Shown piece by piece: positions 45,870 to 55,299 of a stretch of DNA of 64,000 nt. Both the position numbers and the translations under genes were made by a program. Source of the DNA: a virus; the IMG/VR virus record IMGVR_UViG_3300010397_000004, positions 1 through 64,000 of that record. One strand, written 5' to 3'. Numbering within the stretch: position 1 is the first letter of the stretch; each line of letters opens with the position of its first letter. Under the pieces are notes generated by a model. The model searched no databases. It had not been told where the DNA came from and worked only from the letters and a program-made list of their open reading frames with translations.

Positions 45870-47456
45870 GTGAGCCAAGCCGGGCGCCGGGCGGCGCGCG
45901 CAGAACCCCGACCCACCGGCCCGGACACCGTTGACCCGCAGGGCACCCAAACCGCGGCCGAGGCCACCGCCGAACAGGCCGTCCTCGGGGCCATGCTGAT
46001 CGACCCCACCGTGATCGACACCGTGACCGCCCGGATCAGTGGCCAGGACTACTACCAACCCCGACACGGGGTCATCCACAACGCCATCGTCGCCGTGTAC
46101 CTGGCCGGGCGGCGCCCCGACGCGATCGCTGTGTCCCGCCACCTCACCGCCATGGGCAACATGCGCCTAGTGGCCGGCGGCGACGTGTACCTGTTCGAAT
46201 GCATCCAGGCCGTACCCACCGCCGCGAACGCCAGCTACTACGCGGCCCTCATCGCCGACCACGCGCAACGCCGCAACCTGGCCCAGATCGCCGCCCGGCT
46301 CTCCCACGCCGCCACCGTCGAAGACCCCGCCCGGCGCAGCGAACTCGCCGAAGCGGCCCGCATGGAGCTCGACAAGGCCACCACGGTCACCGAGCCGGCC
46401 GAGGCGGACACCTGGGCGCCGCTCGACCTCACCCCCGCCCTCAGCGGCGGTACCCTCACCACCCCGCCCGTCATGCTGGCCCGCACGGACGGCACCAACC
46501 TGCTGTACCTCGGCCGAGTCCACTCGCTGGCCGGAGAACCCGAAGCCGGCAAAACGTGGGTGGCGCTCGTCGGCGTCGTCCAGGCCCTCCACGACGGGCA
46601 ACACGTCATCTACCTCGACTTCGAGGACACCCCGGAGGGCATCGTTAACCGGCTCCTCGCCCTCGGCGCCCACCCCCAACAGATCTCCGCCCAGCTGCAC
46701 TACGTGCGCCCCGACCGGGCCATCGACGGGCCCGCCCGGGCCGGCCTGACCAAACTCATCACCGACCACCCCGTCACCCTGTGCGTTATCGACGGAGTCA
46801 CCGAAGCCATGACCCTCCACGGCCTCGACCCGTACAACAACCCCGACGCCGCCCGGTTCTACGAAGCCCTCCCAAGGCCCCTCGTACGGCTCCCCAACGC
46901 CCCCGCCGTCCTCCTCATCGACCACGTCCCCAAGGACGAAGACCGCCCCAAGCGGTACGCCATCGGCGCGCAACACAAACTCGCCGGCCTCGACGGGGCC
47001 GCCTACGTCGTCGACATCGTCCGACCCTTCGCCCCCGACCAGCCCGGCATCTCCCGAATCCGCGTCGCCAAGGACCGGCCGGGCCAAGTTCGCCGCCACG
47101 CCACCGGCGGAGTCATCGCCGAACTCCACATGGGCGGCGCCTACCCTGTCGTCACCGCCGAACTCCGCAAACCACTGCCCTCCGCGGCCGCCACAACACC
47201 CGACCAACACTGGCGCCCCACCCTCCTCATGGACCGGGTCAGTGCATGGCTCGAAGTCCACCCCGGGGCATCCCAGAACGAGATCGAAAAGGCCGTCCGG
47301 GGCCGTAACACAAACGTCCGCGCCGCCATCGAAGCACTCACCCTCGAGGGCTACATCCGGCGCGAGCCCGGAGACAACCGTCAATGGAGGCACTACCTCG
47401 ACAAGCCCTTCCACAACCCCGAGGCCGGAGACCAAGACATCGATGACGAACGCTAG
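45870..47456 (+). CDS. Replication protein: DnaB N-terminal domain + RecA-like AAA ATPase + C-terminal wHTH
   Basis: AEQAVLGAML..YYQPRH..VPTAANASYYA; GEPEAGKT; YLDFE; IDH; KDRPG. Confidence 0.85.
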   Translation: MSQAGRRAARAEPRPTGPDTVDPQGTQTAAEATAEQAVLGAMLIDPTVIDTVTARISGQDYYQPRHGVIHNAIVAVYLAGRRPDAIAVSRHLTAMGNMRLVAGGDVYLFECIQAVPTAANASYYAALIADHAQRRNLAQIAARLSHAATVEDPARRSELAEAARMELDKATTVTEPAEADTWAPLDLTPALSGGTLTTPPVMLARTDGTNLLYLGRVHSLAGEPEAGKTWVALVGVVQALHDGQHVIYLDFEDTPEGIVNRLLALGAHPQQISAQLHYVRPDRAIDGPARAGLTKLITDHPVTLCVIDGVTEAMTLHGLDPYNNPDAARFYEALPRPLVRLPNAPAVLLIDHVPKDEDRPKRYAIGAQHKLAGLDGAAYVVDIVRPFAPDQPGISRIRVAKDRPGQVRRHATGGVIAELHMGGAYPVVTAELRKPLPSAAATTPDQHWRPTLLMDRVSAWLEVHPGASQNEIEKAVRGRNTNVRAAIEALTLEGYIRREPGDNRQWRHYLDKPFHNPEAGDQDIDDER

Positions 47457-47485
47457 AAATCGGCCCGAAAACGGCCGCCAACCCC

Positions 47486-47638
47486 GGTGCGTCCCGGTGC
47501 GTCCCCGGTGCGTCCCGGACGCACCCAGTGCACACCGAGCCAGGTGCGTCCCGCGTCCCCTCCCCCTTCGGGGACGCGGACGCACTTGGCGTCGATCACT
47601 GGCAATGGGAATAGATCAACTACAGGGCCGGTGCGTCC
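47486..47638. repeat. Iteron-like GGTGCGTCC(C) cluster; probable replication origin
   Basis: Direct copies at 47486, 47496, 47507, 47543 and 47630; inverted copies at 47517 and ~47570-47585. Confidence 0.7.
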
Positions 47639-47660
47639 GCGATCTTGAAAGGGGGTGCCC

Positions 47661-48332
47661 ATGACAACAACCGACACCCAAAACGACGATGACAACGGCG
47701 GCCCGAAGAAGTGCGGGGCCCCCCGCCGACAGGCCGACGCCCCGTGCACGCGTCCCGCCGGCTGGGGCACGCCGCACCCCGGCATCGGGCGGTGCAAGCT
47801 CCACGGCGGGTCGACGCCGAGCCACGTGCTGCATGCCCAGCGCCAGGTGGCCGAGCAGGCCGCGGCGGCGTACGGCGCGGCCCGGGACGTGAACCCGGTA
47901 CAGGCGATGGTCGAGCTGCTGCACGACACGGCCGGCCACGTGGCCTGGCTGCGCGACATCATCCAGACCGAGCAGCCGGACGCGCTGATCTGGGGCGTGG
48001 CCGACGAGATCAACAAGGGCAGCGGCGAGTTCCCCGGCGTCGACATCCGGAAGGCCGCAGCCCCCTCCGTCTGGCTGCAGCGTTACGACGTAGAGAGGCG
48101 CCTGCTGCTCGACGTGTCCCGCGACCTGGCCAGGCTGGGCATCGAGTGGGACGCGCGGGAGGCGATCCGCAAGGAGGGCGCGGTTCTGGCCCGGGTGGCG
48201 CGGGAGATGGCGCGGCGGCTGGGTCACGACCCGGCGGATGAGCGGGTGGCGGCGGCGTACCGGGGGGCGTTGCGGGACGTGCTGGGGGCCGGGGTGGACG
48301 TGGACCGGGTGGTTGAGGGGCGGTTGGCGTGA
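47661..48332 (+). CDS. HGGxSTG-type protein, possible terminase small subunit
   Basis: CGA..C..PAGWGT.H.G.GRCKLHGGST. Confidence 0.6.
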   Translation: MTTTDTQNDDDNGGPKKCGAPRRQADAPCTRPAGWGTPHPGIGRCKLHGGSTPSHVLHAQRQVAEQAAAAYGAARDVNPVQAMVELLHDTAGHVAWLRDIIQTEQPDALIWGVADEINKGSGEFPGVDIRKAAAPSVWLQRYDVERRLLLDVSRDLARLGIEWDAREAIRKEGAVLARVAREMARRLGHDPADERVAAAYRGALRDVLGAGVDVDRVVEGRLA

Positions 48333-48402
48333 GGCAAATGTGGATCTCCGCGCTACACCATAAGCGGAATTATGGGCGACCGCGTAGTACTACTATGGTG
48401 CG

Positions 48403-48867
48403 ATGGTGGTCTGCAAAACGTGCGGCGTGGACAAGTCCCCAGACGATTTCTACCGGCAGGCCCGCGGCGTCAAGGGGCTGCGCCCTGACTGCAAGTCCTG
48501 CCACAGCACCAAGCGGCGCGCCGACTACGCCGCGGGCAGGGGCAGCCGCGGCCGGGACGCCTCGTACGAGCAGCTGCTCAAGCGCGAGTACGGGATCACC
48601 CTGGCCGACTACAACGCGATGCTGCGCCGCCAGGCCCACCGGTGCGCGATCTGCCGCCGCCCGGAGACGGTCAGGATCAAGCGCACGGGCGAGCTCAAGC
48701 GGCTCGCCGTCGATCACGACCACGTCACCGGGGCGGTCCGGGGTCTGCTCTGCCACCGGTGCAACGTCCTGGTCTGGGCGCTGGAGGACAACCACACGAC
48801 CCTGGCCGCCATTGGCGCGTACATCGAGGAGTTCCGGGAGACCTTCGCCAATGGTGCCCCGGTGTAG
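48403..48867 (+). CDS. Endonuclease VII-like nuclease
   Basis: YGIT..Q..RCAIC..LAVDHDH.TG.VRGLLC..CN. Confidence 0.88.
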   Translation: MVVCKTCGVDKSPDDFYRQARGVKGLRPDCKSCHSTKRRADYAAGRGSRGRDASYEQLLKREYGITLADYNAMLRRQAHRCAICRRPETVRIKRTGELKRLAVDHDHVTGAVRGLLCHRCNVLVWALEDNHTTLAAIGAYIEEFRETFANGAPV

Positions 48868-48888
48868 CTCGGCCCCGGTGGGTGCCCG

Positions 48889-49236
48889 GTGAGCGCGTGC
48901 CGCCCGGATTGCCGGGTTCCGTCGCCGTCGCAGGCGCATTGCGGGGCGTGCCATCACACGTTCGGGTCGGTGTCGGCGTTCACCGTGCACCGGCGGGGCG
49001 GGGTGTGCCGGCCGCCGGCGGAGCTCGGCCTGGCCGAGGTGGCCGGGCTGTGGTGTTCGCCGGAGGGCCATGCGAAGCGGGCTGCGGGTGGTGCCAGGTT
49101 GGCGCAGGTTCGTGCGTCCCGCGTTTCGGGTGTGTGCGCAGACGGGCCGGGGGACCTGGGTGCTCCCTCTGTCCCTTCAAAGATCAACAACTCGGATCTT
49201 GCCCACAGGGAGGGGTCGACCGATGTCGCAGCCTGA
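48889..49236 (+). CDS. Zinc-binding hypothetical protein
   Basis: HCGACHHTF....AF..HR...C..P..LGL. Confidence 0.55.
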   Translation: MSACRPDCRVPSPSQAHCGACHHTFGSVSAFTVHRRGGVCRPPAELGLAEVAGLWCSPEGHAKRAAGGARLAQVRASRVSGVCADGPGDLGAPSVPSKINNSDLAHREGSTDVAA

Positions 49237-49645
49237 GCAGACCACCACGAAGGAGGCCCGGCCGTCGGTCGCCGAGCTCGTGCGGGAGATGGTTCCCGAG
49301 CACGCCCACCGCACCGGCGGCCCGTTTCGATCCACCTGGAAGTGGTCGACGCCGGCCGGGTGGTGGGAGCTGGAGATGTCGATGCCGTTCGTGTCCGCCG
49401 GGTACCTGGCCCTGCGCGGCTCATGCACCGCGGCGCTGCCGTACAGCTTCGCCGGGCTGGCCGCGGCGCGGGCCCTGCTGGTGGCGCTGGGCGGGCTGCC
49501 GCCTAAGCCGCCGGCGGCCGAGCGGCCGGGGTGGTGGGGCGAGGGGTGCCGGTGCACGGTCACGCCCGAGGTCGTCCAGGGCACCGGCGCCCGGGTGGTC
49601 CGGCTGAACGGGTGCCCGCTGCACTCGGCGGTAGGTGAGCCCTGA
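49223..49645 (+). CDS. Hypothetical protein
   Basis: GGGAGG RBS. Confidence 0.5.
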   Translation: MSQPEQTTTKEARPSVAELVREMVPEHAHRTGGPFRSTWKWSTPAGWWELEMSMPFVSAGYLALRGSCTAALPYSFAGLAAARALLVALGGLPPKPPAAERPGWWGEGCRCTVTPEVVQGTGARVVRLNGCPLHSAVGEP

Positions 49646-49890
49646 TGGCCGCGGACGCGACCATCCGGTTCGAGGGGCCCAGCCTGGCGACCCTGCCGTT
49701 CCAGCTGGACGTGCGGGTGGCCATGGTCCTGCCACCGATGCGGTACATGACCGGCGACGGGGTGGAGGTGGGCCTGTCGCCGGCGGGTCCGCCGACCCCG
49801 GAGCTGGCACCGCTGCTCGAGGTGCAGGGCGACCGGGTGACGGTGGCCGCGGCGCTGCGGGCGCTGGCCGCCCAGCTGGATCCGGGGTGA
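49645..49890 (+). CDS. Hypothetical protein
   Basis: TGATG coupling. Confidence 0.5.
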   Translation: MAADATIRFEGPSLATLPFQLDVRVAMVLPPMRYMTGDGVEVGLSPAGPPTPELAPLLEVQGDRVTVAAALRALAAQLDPG

Positions 49891-50126
49891 GGACCACGGT
49901 GGCTGAGGTGACCGCGACGCGGGTGTGTCAGGCGTGCCGGACTGGGCTGCCGTGGCGGTCTGTGCATGAGATGCGCGTGCCGCCGGTGGGGTTGGTGTAC
50001 GCGTGCCTGGATGTGGTGGCGTGCCGGCGGCGGGCGGAGGCGTTGGGGATTTGGGGGTGGGTGGGTCCGTTGCCGGCGGGTCTGCCGGAGGCGTCCATTG
50101 TGGAGAGTGGGAGGCGTAGGAAGTGA
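49887..50126 (+). CDS. Hypothetical Cys-containing protein
   Basis: GTGA coupling. Confidence 0.45.
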   Translation: MRTTVAEVTATRVCQACRTGLPWRSVHEMRVPPVGLVYACLDVVACRRRAEALGIWGWVGPLPAGLPEASIVESGRRRK

Positions 50127-50971
50127 GCCCTGTCGACGGTTCGGTGTCGTTCGCGGAGTGGGTGCCGCGGGCGGAGTACGACGCGGCGTGCGTCACGTTG
50201 GCGCAGATGCACGCGGCGGCGGTGGGTGAGGTGCGTGGCCCGATCCGGGGTGTGGTTGAGGATGTGGCCGATGTGCGGGCCCAGCGGGACGCGGCGCTGT
50301 TGGTGGTGGCCGGGGTGCGGGCGGCGTTGCGCCGGTTCGATGGGCCGCCGGCGGCGGAGCCGGTGTTGCCGGGTGAGCGGGCGGTGGTGGAGGCGGCGGT
50401 GGCGTGGCGGGCGATGGTCGCGGCTACTGGGGAGTGGGGGATCCGGATCGAGGGCGGCGCGCTGGCCGATGCGGTGGACGCGCTGCTTCCTGGTGAGGAG
50501 ACGTTCGGGCGGAGCGACGTCACGTGTGGGACGTGCGGGGGTGAGGGCGTGGTGGCGTGCGCGGCTCACGTGGCTGGGTGTGTCGACATGGAGCGTGCCT
50601 GTCCGGACTGCCGGTTGGCTCCGGCTACCCGTGAGCCTGGTGGGGTCGACGGCTCGACCCGGTTGGATCCGGTGATCGAGGAGGCGGCGCAGGCGGCCCG
50701 GTTGGCTGGGTTCGAGCAGCGTGGTGATGGGCCGCCGCGGGCGCGTTGGGATCAGCTGCATCCGACGGAGCGTGCCTGGTATCGGGCGATGGTTCGGGCT
50801 GCGGTGCCGGTCATTGAGCGGGCGGCGTTCCGCGCTGCGGCCGAGTTGCCGTTGCCGCATGGTGGTGGGTTCGTCGACGAGTCGCAGCGGCGGTCGGAAG
50901 AGAACGGCGCCAACCGGCTACGGCAGGCAATCCGCGATCGGGCTGGTCGGGGTGGTGGAGATCATGCCTGA
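50123..50971 (+). CDS. Hypothetical mosaic protein
   Basis: GTGA coupling; LAQMHAAAVGEVRGPIRGVVEDV. Confidence 0.55.
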   Translation: MSPVDGSVSFAEWVPRAEYDAACVTLAQMHAAAVGEVRGPIRGVVEDVADVRAQRDAALLVVAGVRAALRRFDGPPAAEPVLPGERAVVEAAVAWRAMVAATGEWGIRIEGGALADAVDALLPGEETFGRSDVTCGTCGGEGVVACAAHVAGCVDMERACPDCRLAPATREPGGVDGSTRLDPVIEEAAQAARLAGFEQRGDGPPRARWDQLHPTERAWYRAMVRAAVPVIERAAFRAAAELPLPHGGGFVDESQRRSEENGANRLRQAIRDRAGRGGGDHA

Positions 50972-51203
50972 TCTCTTCGTGGCCGAGCCTCCGCACGTGT
51001 GTCAAACGCCGATCCGGGGCCAGCGCAACTGGCTGCACAACGTGGCCGCTCGCCAGGCCGGCAGCGTCTGGAAGTGCGACATCTGTGGCCGGATCTGGGA
51101 GTGCTACCTCGGACTGTTGGGTCTCTACTGGTGGGACCCGAGCGAGGCCACGGTCGCACGGTTCGCCACCGATCGGGCTACTCGCACGGGCGGTGGGTCG
51201 TGA
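50964..51203 (+). CDS. Hypothetical protein
   Basis: GSVWKCDICGRIW. Confidence 0.5.
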   Translation: MPDLFVAEPPHVCQTPIRGQRNWLHNVAARQAGSVWKCDICGRIWECYLGLLGLYWWDPSEATVARFATDRATRTGGGS

Positions 51204-51430
51204 GCCGCCGCGGGCTGTGCCGGCACTGTGGCAAGCCGGATGCGCCCGTGTCTGAGAACGGCTTCATCGACCGCCATTACCGGGCCGACCACGAGCTCGG
51301 GACGCGGCCGAGTGGGGAACTCTGTGCGGGCAGCGCGATGGGTGGCGGGCATCTTCGTCCGGGCGAGGCGTGCGTGCACTCGGTGCCGAACCCGGACTGT
51401 CGGGCTGCTCAGGTTGGTGGTGGGGGGTGA
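51200..51430 (+). CDS. Hypothetical Cys/His protein
   Basis: GTGA coupling; CRHCG..H..CAGS. Confidence 0.5.
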   Translation: MSRRGLCRHCGKPDAPVSENGFIDRHYRADHELGTRPSGELCAGSAMGGGHLRPGEACVHSVPNPDCRAAQVGGGG

Positions 51431-51621
51431 GCACCGACGCGGCCACCGCGTTCAAGCGGCTCGGGTTGGCGTTCCGGATCGCCGACCTGAATATCGCTCT
51501 GGGCTTGGCTGATCGGGTGCCTGGGCATTACTCGCCGGAGGCTGTTGAGCGGGCCCGAGTTCGGCGGGCGGAGCTTGAGGCCGACTTCGAGCGGTTGGGG
51601 GTGCCCGATGATGCTGCATGA
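51427..51621 (+). CDS. Hypothetical protein
   Basis: GTGA coupling. Confidence 0.45.
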   Translation: MSTDAATAFKRLGLAFRIADLNIALGLADRVPGHYSPEAVERARVRRAELEADFERLGVPDDAA

Positions 51622-52054
51622 CCGGATCCGGGCCGTGGTCGAGGAGCGGCTACGGATCGCGCGGGCCGCCAACCCATCGCCGTGGCGACGGTTTGTGGGT
51701 CGGACCGGGCTGAACCATCTCGACCCGAACACGATCTTCGGCGACGGCGAGCCGCGCGGCTTCGACAGGCTCCGCAACGTGTGCAACCTCGACTATTCGT
51801 GGGAGCGCGACGCGAATGCCGAGCACATCATGGCCAACGATCCGGCCGACGCCATCCTGGCGGCTGAGCACGCGTTGGGGATCCTGGCGCGGCACGAGGC
51901 GGTGCTGGACGAACTGGACCGCCTGGTCTGCGGCGGGTGCCAGGAGTTGTGCCACTCCCGTTCGGGGCTGTCGTGCGACTCGCCCGACGCGCCCTGGCCA
52001 TGCGCCGAGGTTCGTGCGCTGGCGACCCGGTTCGGCGTGGAGGTGTCGGGGTGA
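51608..52054 (+). CDS. DUF6221-like protein
   Basis: IARAA..PW..HI..NDP..IL.RH..C..C..WPC..VRALA. Confidence 0.6.
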   Translation: MMLHDRIRAVVEERLRIARAANPSPWRRFVGRTGLNHLDPNTIFGDGEPRGFDRLRNVCNLDYSWERDANAEHIMANDPADAILAAEHALGILARHEAVLDELDRLVCGGCQELCHSRSGLSCDSPDAPWPCAEVRALATRFGVEVSG

Positions 52055-53172
52055 CCGGGCGTGCGACTCCGGGTGGTGCGTCGACGCCGGATGCGTTGGC
52101 GTTGATTGATGCCACTGTGGACGGCCGGTGTGCGTGTGGGTGTGGGGCGGCGTTGCGGCCGGATGGGCCGTCGGGGTGGTTCGCGTCGGAGGAGTGTCAG
52201 CGGCGTTTCCAGTCGCCGGCGGTGGACGTGACCGGGTCGGCGGGGGATGAGTTGGCGCGGTTGTTGGCGGATCAGCCGGCGTGGTTGGTGCGGGTGCTGG
52301 CGTCGTTGGAGGCGGGGCGGGCGGCTGCTGGTCTGGTGTTGGTGTGGGATCAGACGCCGGAGCCGGCGGGTGAGGCGGTGACGTCGGATTCGCGGCCGCC
52401 GTTCGAGTTGGGGGGCGATCCGCTGCCGGAGGACGTGAGGCGGGAGTTGGTGGCGTTCCGCCGGCACTGTGCGCGGTGCGGGCGGCGTGAGGTGCCGCAG
52501 TTGTTGGTTCGGCCGCGGTTGGCGCAGCTGTCGTTCGAGATCGCCGAGCCGACTGCGGTGGTGCCGGTGGACGATGTGATGTTCCACGGTTGTGGTTCCT
52601 GTGGCCGGCCGTTGGTGGGGTTGGCGCTGTGGGCGACGGCTGATTACTCGTCGGGGGCGGGTGTGGTAGTGCTGGCGTTGCGGACCCGGGTCGGGGGGAA
52701 CCTGTACTCGGTGCGGGTCTGGCAGGACGTGGACGAGCTCCGGTTCTTCCGAAGCACGGAGTTGGCCGACCATCGGTGGCGGGATTGCGAGCGCGCGTTG
52801 ATGGAGTACCGGCTGCCGGTGTGCGTGATGGCTGGCTGCGGCGAGAAGGCCCGGGAGCGGTTTGTGGTGGCCCGCCGCCCGGATCCGGATCCGTTGCTGC
52901 CGTGGAGTTTGTGCGGGCGGTCGTGGGATCCGGGTGAGGTGATCCGGTTGTGCCCGGGCCACGCGTCGATGTTGGTGCGGGGTGAGGATCCGGCCCGGCC
53001 GGGGGTGTTGCGGGATGAGCTGGTGCACGGGCTGAGGTTCCAGACGGCTGAGGCGTCCGAGCTGGCGGCGGCCGCGCGGCGGGAGCTGGTCGCTGAGCGG
53101 GTGCGGCAGTGGGCGGCTTTGGACATCACACCGGACCAGGTTTGTCGCAGGCTGTTTGGTAGTGGTGCCTGA
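52051..53172 (+). CDS. Cys-rich hypothetical protein
   Basis: CACGCG..L..DGPS.WF.SEECQ. Confidence 0.55.
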   Translation: MTGRATPGGASTPDALALIDATVDGRCACGCGAALRPDGPSGWFASEECQRRFQSPAVDVTGSAGDELARLLADQPAWLVRVLASLEAGRAAAGLVLVWDQTPEPAGEAVTSDSRPPFELGGDPLPEDVRRELVAFRRHCARCGRREVPQLLVRPRLAQLSFEIAEPTAVVPVDDVMFHGCGSCGRPLVGLALWATADYSSGAGVVVLALRTRVGGNLYSVRVWQDVDELRFFRSTELADHRWRDCERALMEYRLPVCVMAGCGEKARERFVVARRPDPDPLLPWSLCGRSWDPGEVIRLCPGHASMLVRGEDPARPGVLRDELVHGLRFQTAEASELAAAARRELVAERVRQWAALDITPDQVCRRLFGSGA

Positions 53173-54080
53173 TGCCTCGGCCGCAACAGGCGTTGTTGTG
53201 CGCGTCGCCGGCGTGCCCTCCGCACCGGGGGAAGCACACGGCGGAGTGTTTGGCCACAGATGACAAGTGCCCGGGCTGCTTGCCGCGTCTGGCCGGCGAT
53301 GGGGTGCGGTTGTGTCCATTGTGTACTCGCCTGATCGGTGAGGACGCCCGGACCCTGGCGGCGCGGGACCGGGACCTGGAGGTGGTGCTCGCCGGCGGTG
53401 GCGGGGTGGGTGGGGAGCATGTCTCGCACGGTGGCCGGGATCCCAATGTGAAGCTGAACCCGGCGGCAGTGGCGGCCCGGTCGGCGGTGCGCCGCCAGCT
53501 GGTGGCGTTGGTGCGGTTGATCTGTGAGGAGCGGGGTGTGCACTTGCCGACGTTCACGGCGGTGCCGGCCCGGCCGGAGGGGTTCGTGGGGCCGTTGCCG
53601 TTGCGCCGGTTCGTGGACGCCCGACTGGGCACCCTGGCCGGGTTCGTGGGGAAGCATGCCCTGTGGTTGGCGGCGCATCCGGGGGCGGGTGAGCACGCCC
53701 AGGTGCTGAGGTCTTTGGTGCGGTCGACGTGGGGTGTGGCTTTTCCGGCGGGTGTGCGGTTGTTTCCGGTGCGGGTGCCGGGTGGTTCCGGGGTGGCGGT
53801 GTGTCCGGGGTCGGTGCGGGTGCGGGTGGCTTTCGCGGTGACCCGGCGCGGTCTGGTGTCCGAGGTGTTTGGGTTGGCGCCGTGTGAGGGGTTGTTGTGG
53901 ACTGTGATCCGGCCGGGTGATGACCGGTTGCCGGCGGCGGTGTTGTGTAACCAGCGGGATGAGCATGTGTGGCCGTCGTCGTCGTGGTTGCGCCGGTTGG
54001 CGCCGTTGTTGTTGGCGCAGGCCCGGCGGGTGCAGGTAGCCGCCGCCGCGGGCGAGGCTGCGACGGGGGTGGCGGCGTGA
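53172..54080 (+). CDS. Zn-finger hypothetical protein (possible late transcription regulator)
   Basis: CPGCLP..LCPLC and C-terminal Cys cluster; at the end of the early region. Confidence 0.5.
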   Translation: MPRPQQALLCASPACPPHRGKHTAECLATDDKCPGCLPRLAGDGVRLCPLCTRLIGEDARTLAARDRDLEVVLAGGGGVGGEHVSHGGRDPNVKLNPAAVAARSAVRRQLVALVRLICEERGVHLPTFTAVPARPEGFVGPLPLRRFVDARLGTLAGFVGKHALWLAAHPGAGEHAQVLRSLVRSTWGVAFPAGVRLFPVRVPGGSGVAVCPGSVRVRVAFAVTRRGLVSEVFGLAPCEGLLWTVIRPGDDRLPAAVLCNQRDEHVWPSSSWLRRLAPLLLAQARRVQVAAAAGEAATGVAA

Positions 54081-54280
54081 GCTCGGGCCGGGGTTCCCGC
54101 CGGGCCCGGGTGGCGGCCGCGGTGTGGCGGGCGTACGACCGCCGACCGTTGTGCTGGTTCGTGGACATATTCGAAGGGGCCCGGGTGGCGTTCGAGCGGT
54201 GGCCGCTGGTGTGCCTTCTCGTCGCGCAGCTGGTTGTCCTCGTGGCGCTCGTGGCGGGGTCGCACGGGTGGTGGCTGTGA
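54077..54280 (+). CDS. Small membrane protein
   Basis: C-terminal TM; GTGA coupling on both sides. Confidence 0.5.
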   Translation: MSSGRGSRRARVAAAVWRAYDRRPLCWFVDIFEGARVAFERWPLVCLLVAQLVVLVALVAGSHGWWL

Positions 54281-55266
54281 GGGTGATGCAGTGGCAGGCC
54301 ACCGCGGGCGGGTCGATGACGTACCGGTTGGATTGGCCGGGCCGGGTGTTGACCCGCCTGGGTCACACGGTGCGCCGGTGTGAGCGGGCCATCCATTCGT
54401 GGGTGGCGGACTCGGATGTTGTGGTGGGCCAGTTCGTGGCGAACGAGGCCCCGTCGTTGCGGTGGCAGGAGTGGGCGGCCGAGGGCCGGACCCTGGTGTA
54501 CGACGTTGACGACGACCTGTCGTGTGTGGACCCGGAGTCGGTGAAGGCGTACGCGTACTACTCGGATCCGGTGGTGCAGGCCCGGATCGGGGCGAACATG
54601 GCCGTGGCGACGAGGGTGACGGCGGCGACGGACGGGATCGCGGCGTGGGCGGCCCGGTGGGCCCGGGATGTGGTGGTGGTGCCGAACGGGCTGCCCGCGC
54701 AGTTGCTGTGCGCCCCGGATCGGCCGGCCCGGGCCGATGGGCGGGTGGTGGTGGGGTGGGCGGGGTCGATGCAGACGTTGCCCGAGTTGCGGCTGGTGGC
54801 CCGGGCGTTGCAGCGTCTGCTCGAGTCGACACCGGGGGTGGTGGTTCACACCGTGGGGGTGCCGGCCGACGCGGTCGCGTCGACGGGGCTGACCCACCCG
54901 GGCGTCCAGGTGACGCCGTGGGTGGCCGGCACCGACACCTACCTAACGGTGATCGACTTCGATGTGTGGGTGGCGCCGTACCGGGACATCGCGTTCAACC
55001 GGGCGAAGGTGCCGACGAAGGCCCTGGAGGCGATGTTCCTGGGTATCCCGATCGTGGCGTCTCCGGTCGGGCAGTACGCGACGGTGGTGCGGCACGGGGT
55101 CACCGGGTTGCTGGTCCGCGCCGACCACGAGTGGGGCCGCCACATCCGCGGCCTGGTCCTGGATCCGGCCCGCCGGGCGGCGATGGGTGACGCGGCGAGG
55201 TCGGCGGCCGCGGCCCATGTGGTGGAAGGTTTGGGCCCGTTGTGGGAGAAAGCGCTCACCCCCTGA
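54277..55266 (+). CDS. Glycosyltransferase (GT-B, GT4-like)
   Basis: YDVDDD, VVPN, VGWAGS, FNRAK..KALEAMFLGIPIVASPVG.Y..V.HGVTG. Confidence 0.85.
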   Translation: MRVMQWQATAGGSMTYRLDWPGRVLTRLGHTVRRCERAIHSWVADSDVVVGQFVANEAPSLRWQEWAAEGRTLVYDVDDDLSCVDPESVKAYAYYSDPVVQARIGANMAVATRVTAATDGIAAWAARWARDVVVVPNGLPAQLLCAPDRPARADGRVVVGWAGSMQTLPELRLVARALQRLLESTPGVVVHTVGVPADAVASTGLTHPGVQVTPWVAGTDTYLTVIDFDVWVAPYRDIAFNRAKVPTKALEAMFLGIPIVASPVGQYATVVRHGVTGLLVRADHEWGRHIRGLVLDPARRAAMGDAARSAAAAHVVEGLGPLWEKALTP

Positions 55267-55299
55267 ACGTGTGTGTCCACATAGGAGAGAGGCATCGGA

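Noticed and set aside
37469-48867. Restriction-modification system (methyltransferases plus EndoVII)
   Set aside because: The nuclease is ~8.5 kb away and of the EndoVII/HNH type; the methyltransferases look orphan.
49177-54897. Long minus-strand ORFs (e.g. 51793-53319, 52644-54302, 53126-54832)
   Set aside because: Pro/Arg/His/Thr-rich shadow frames caused by high GC and strand skew; the plus strand has a coupled gene chain.
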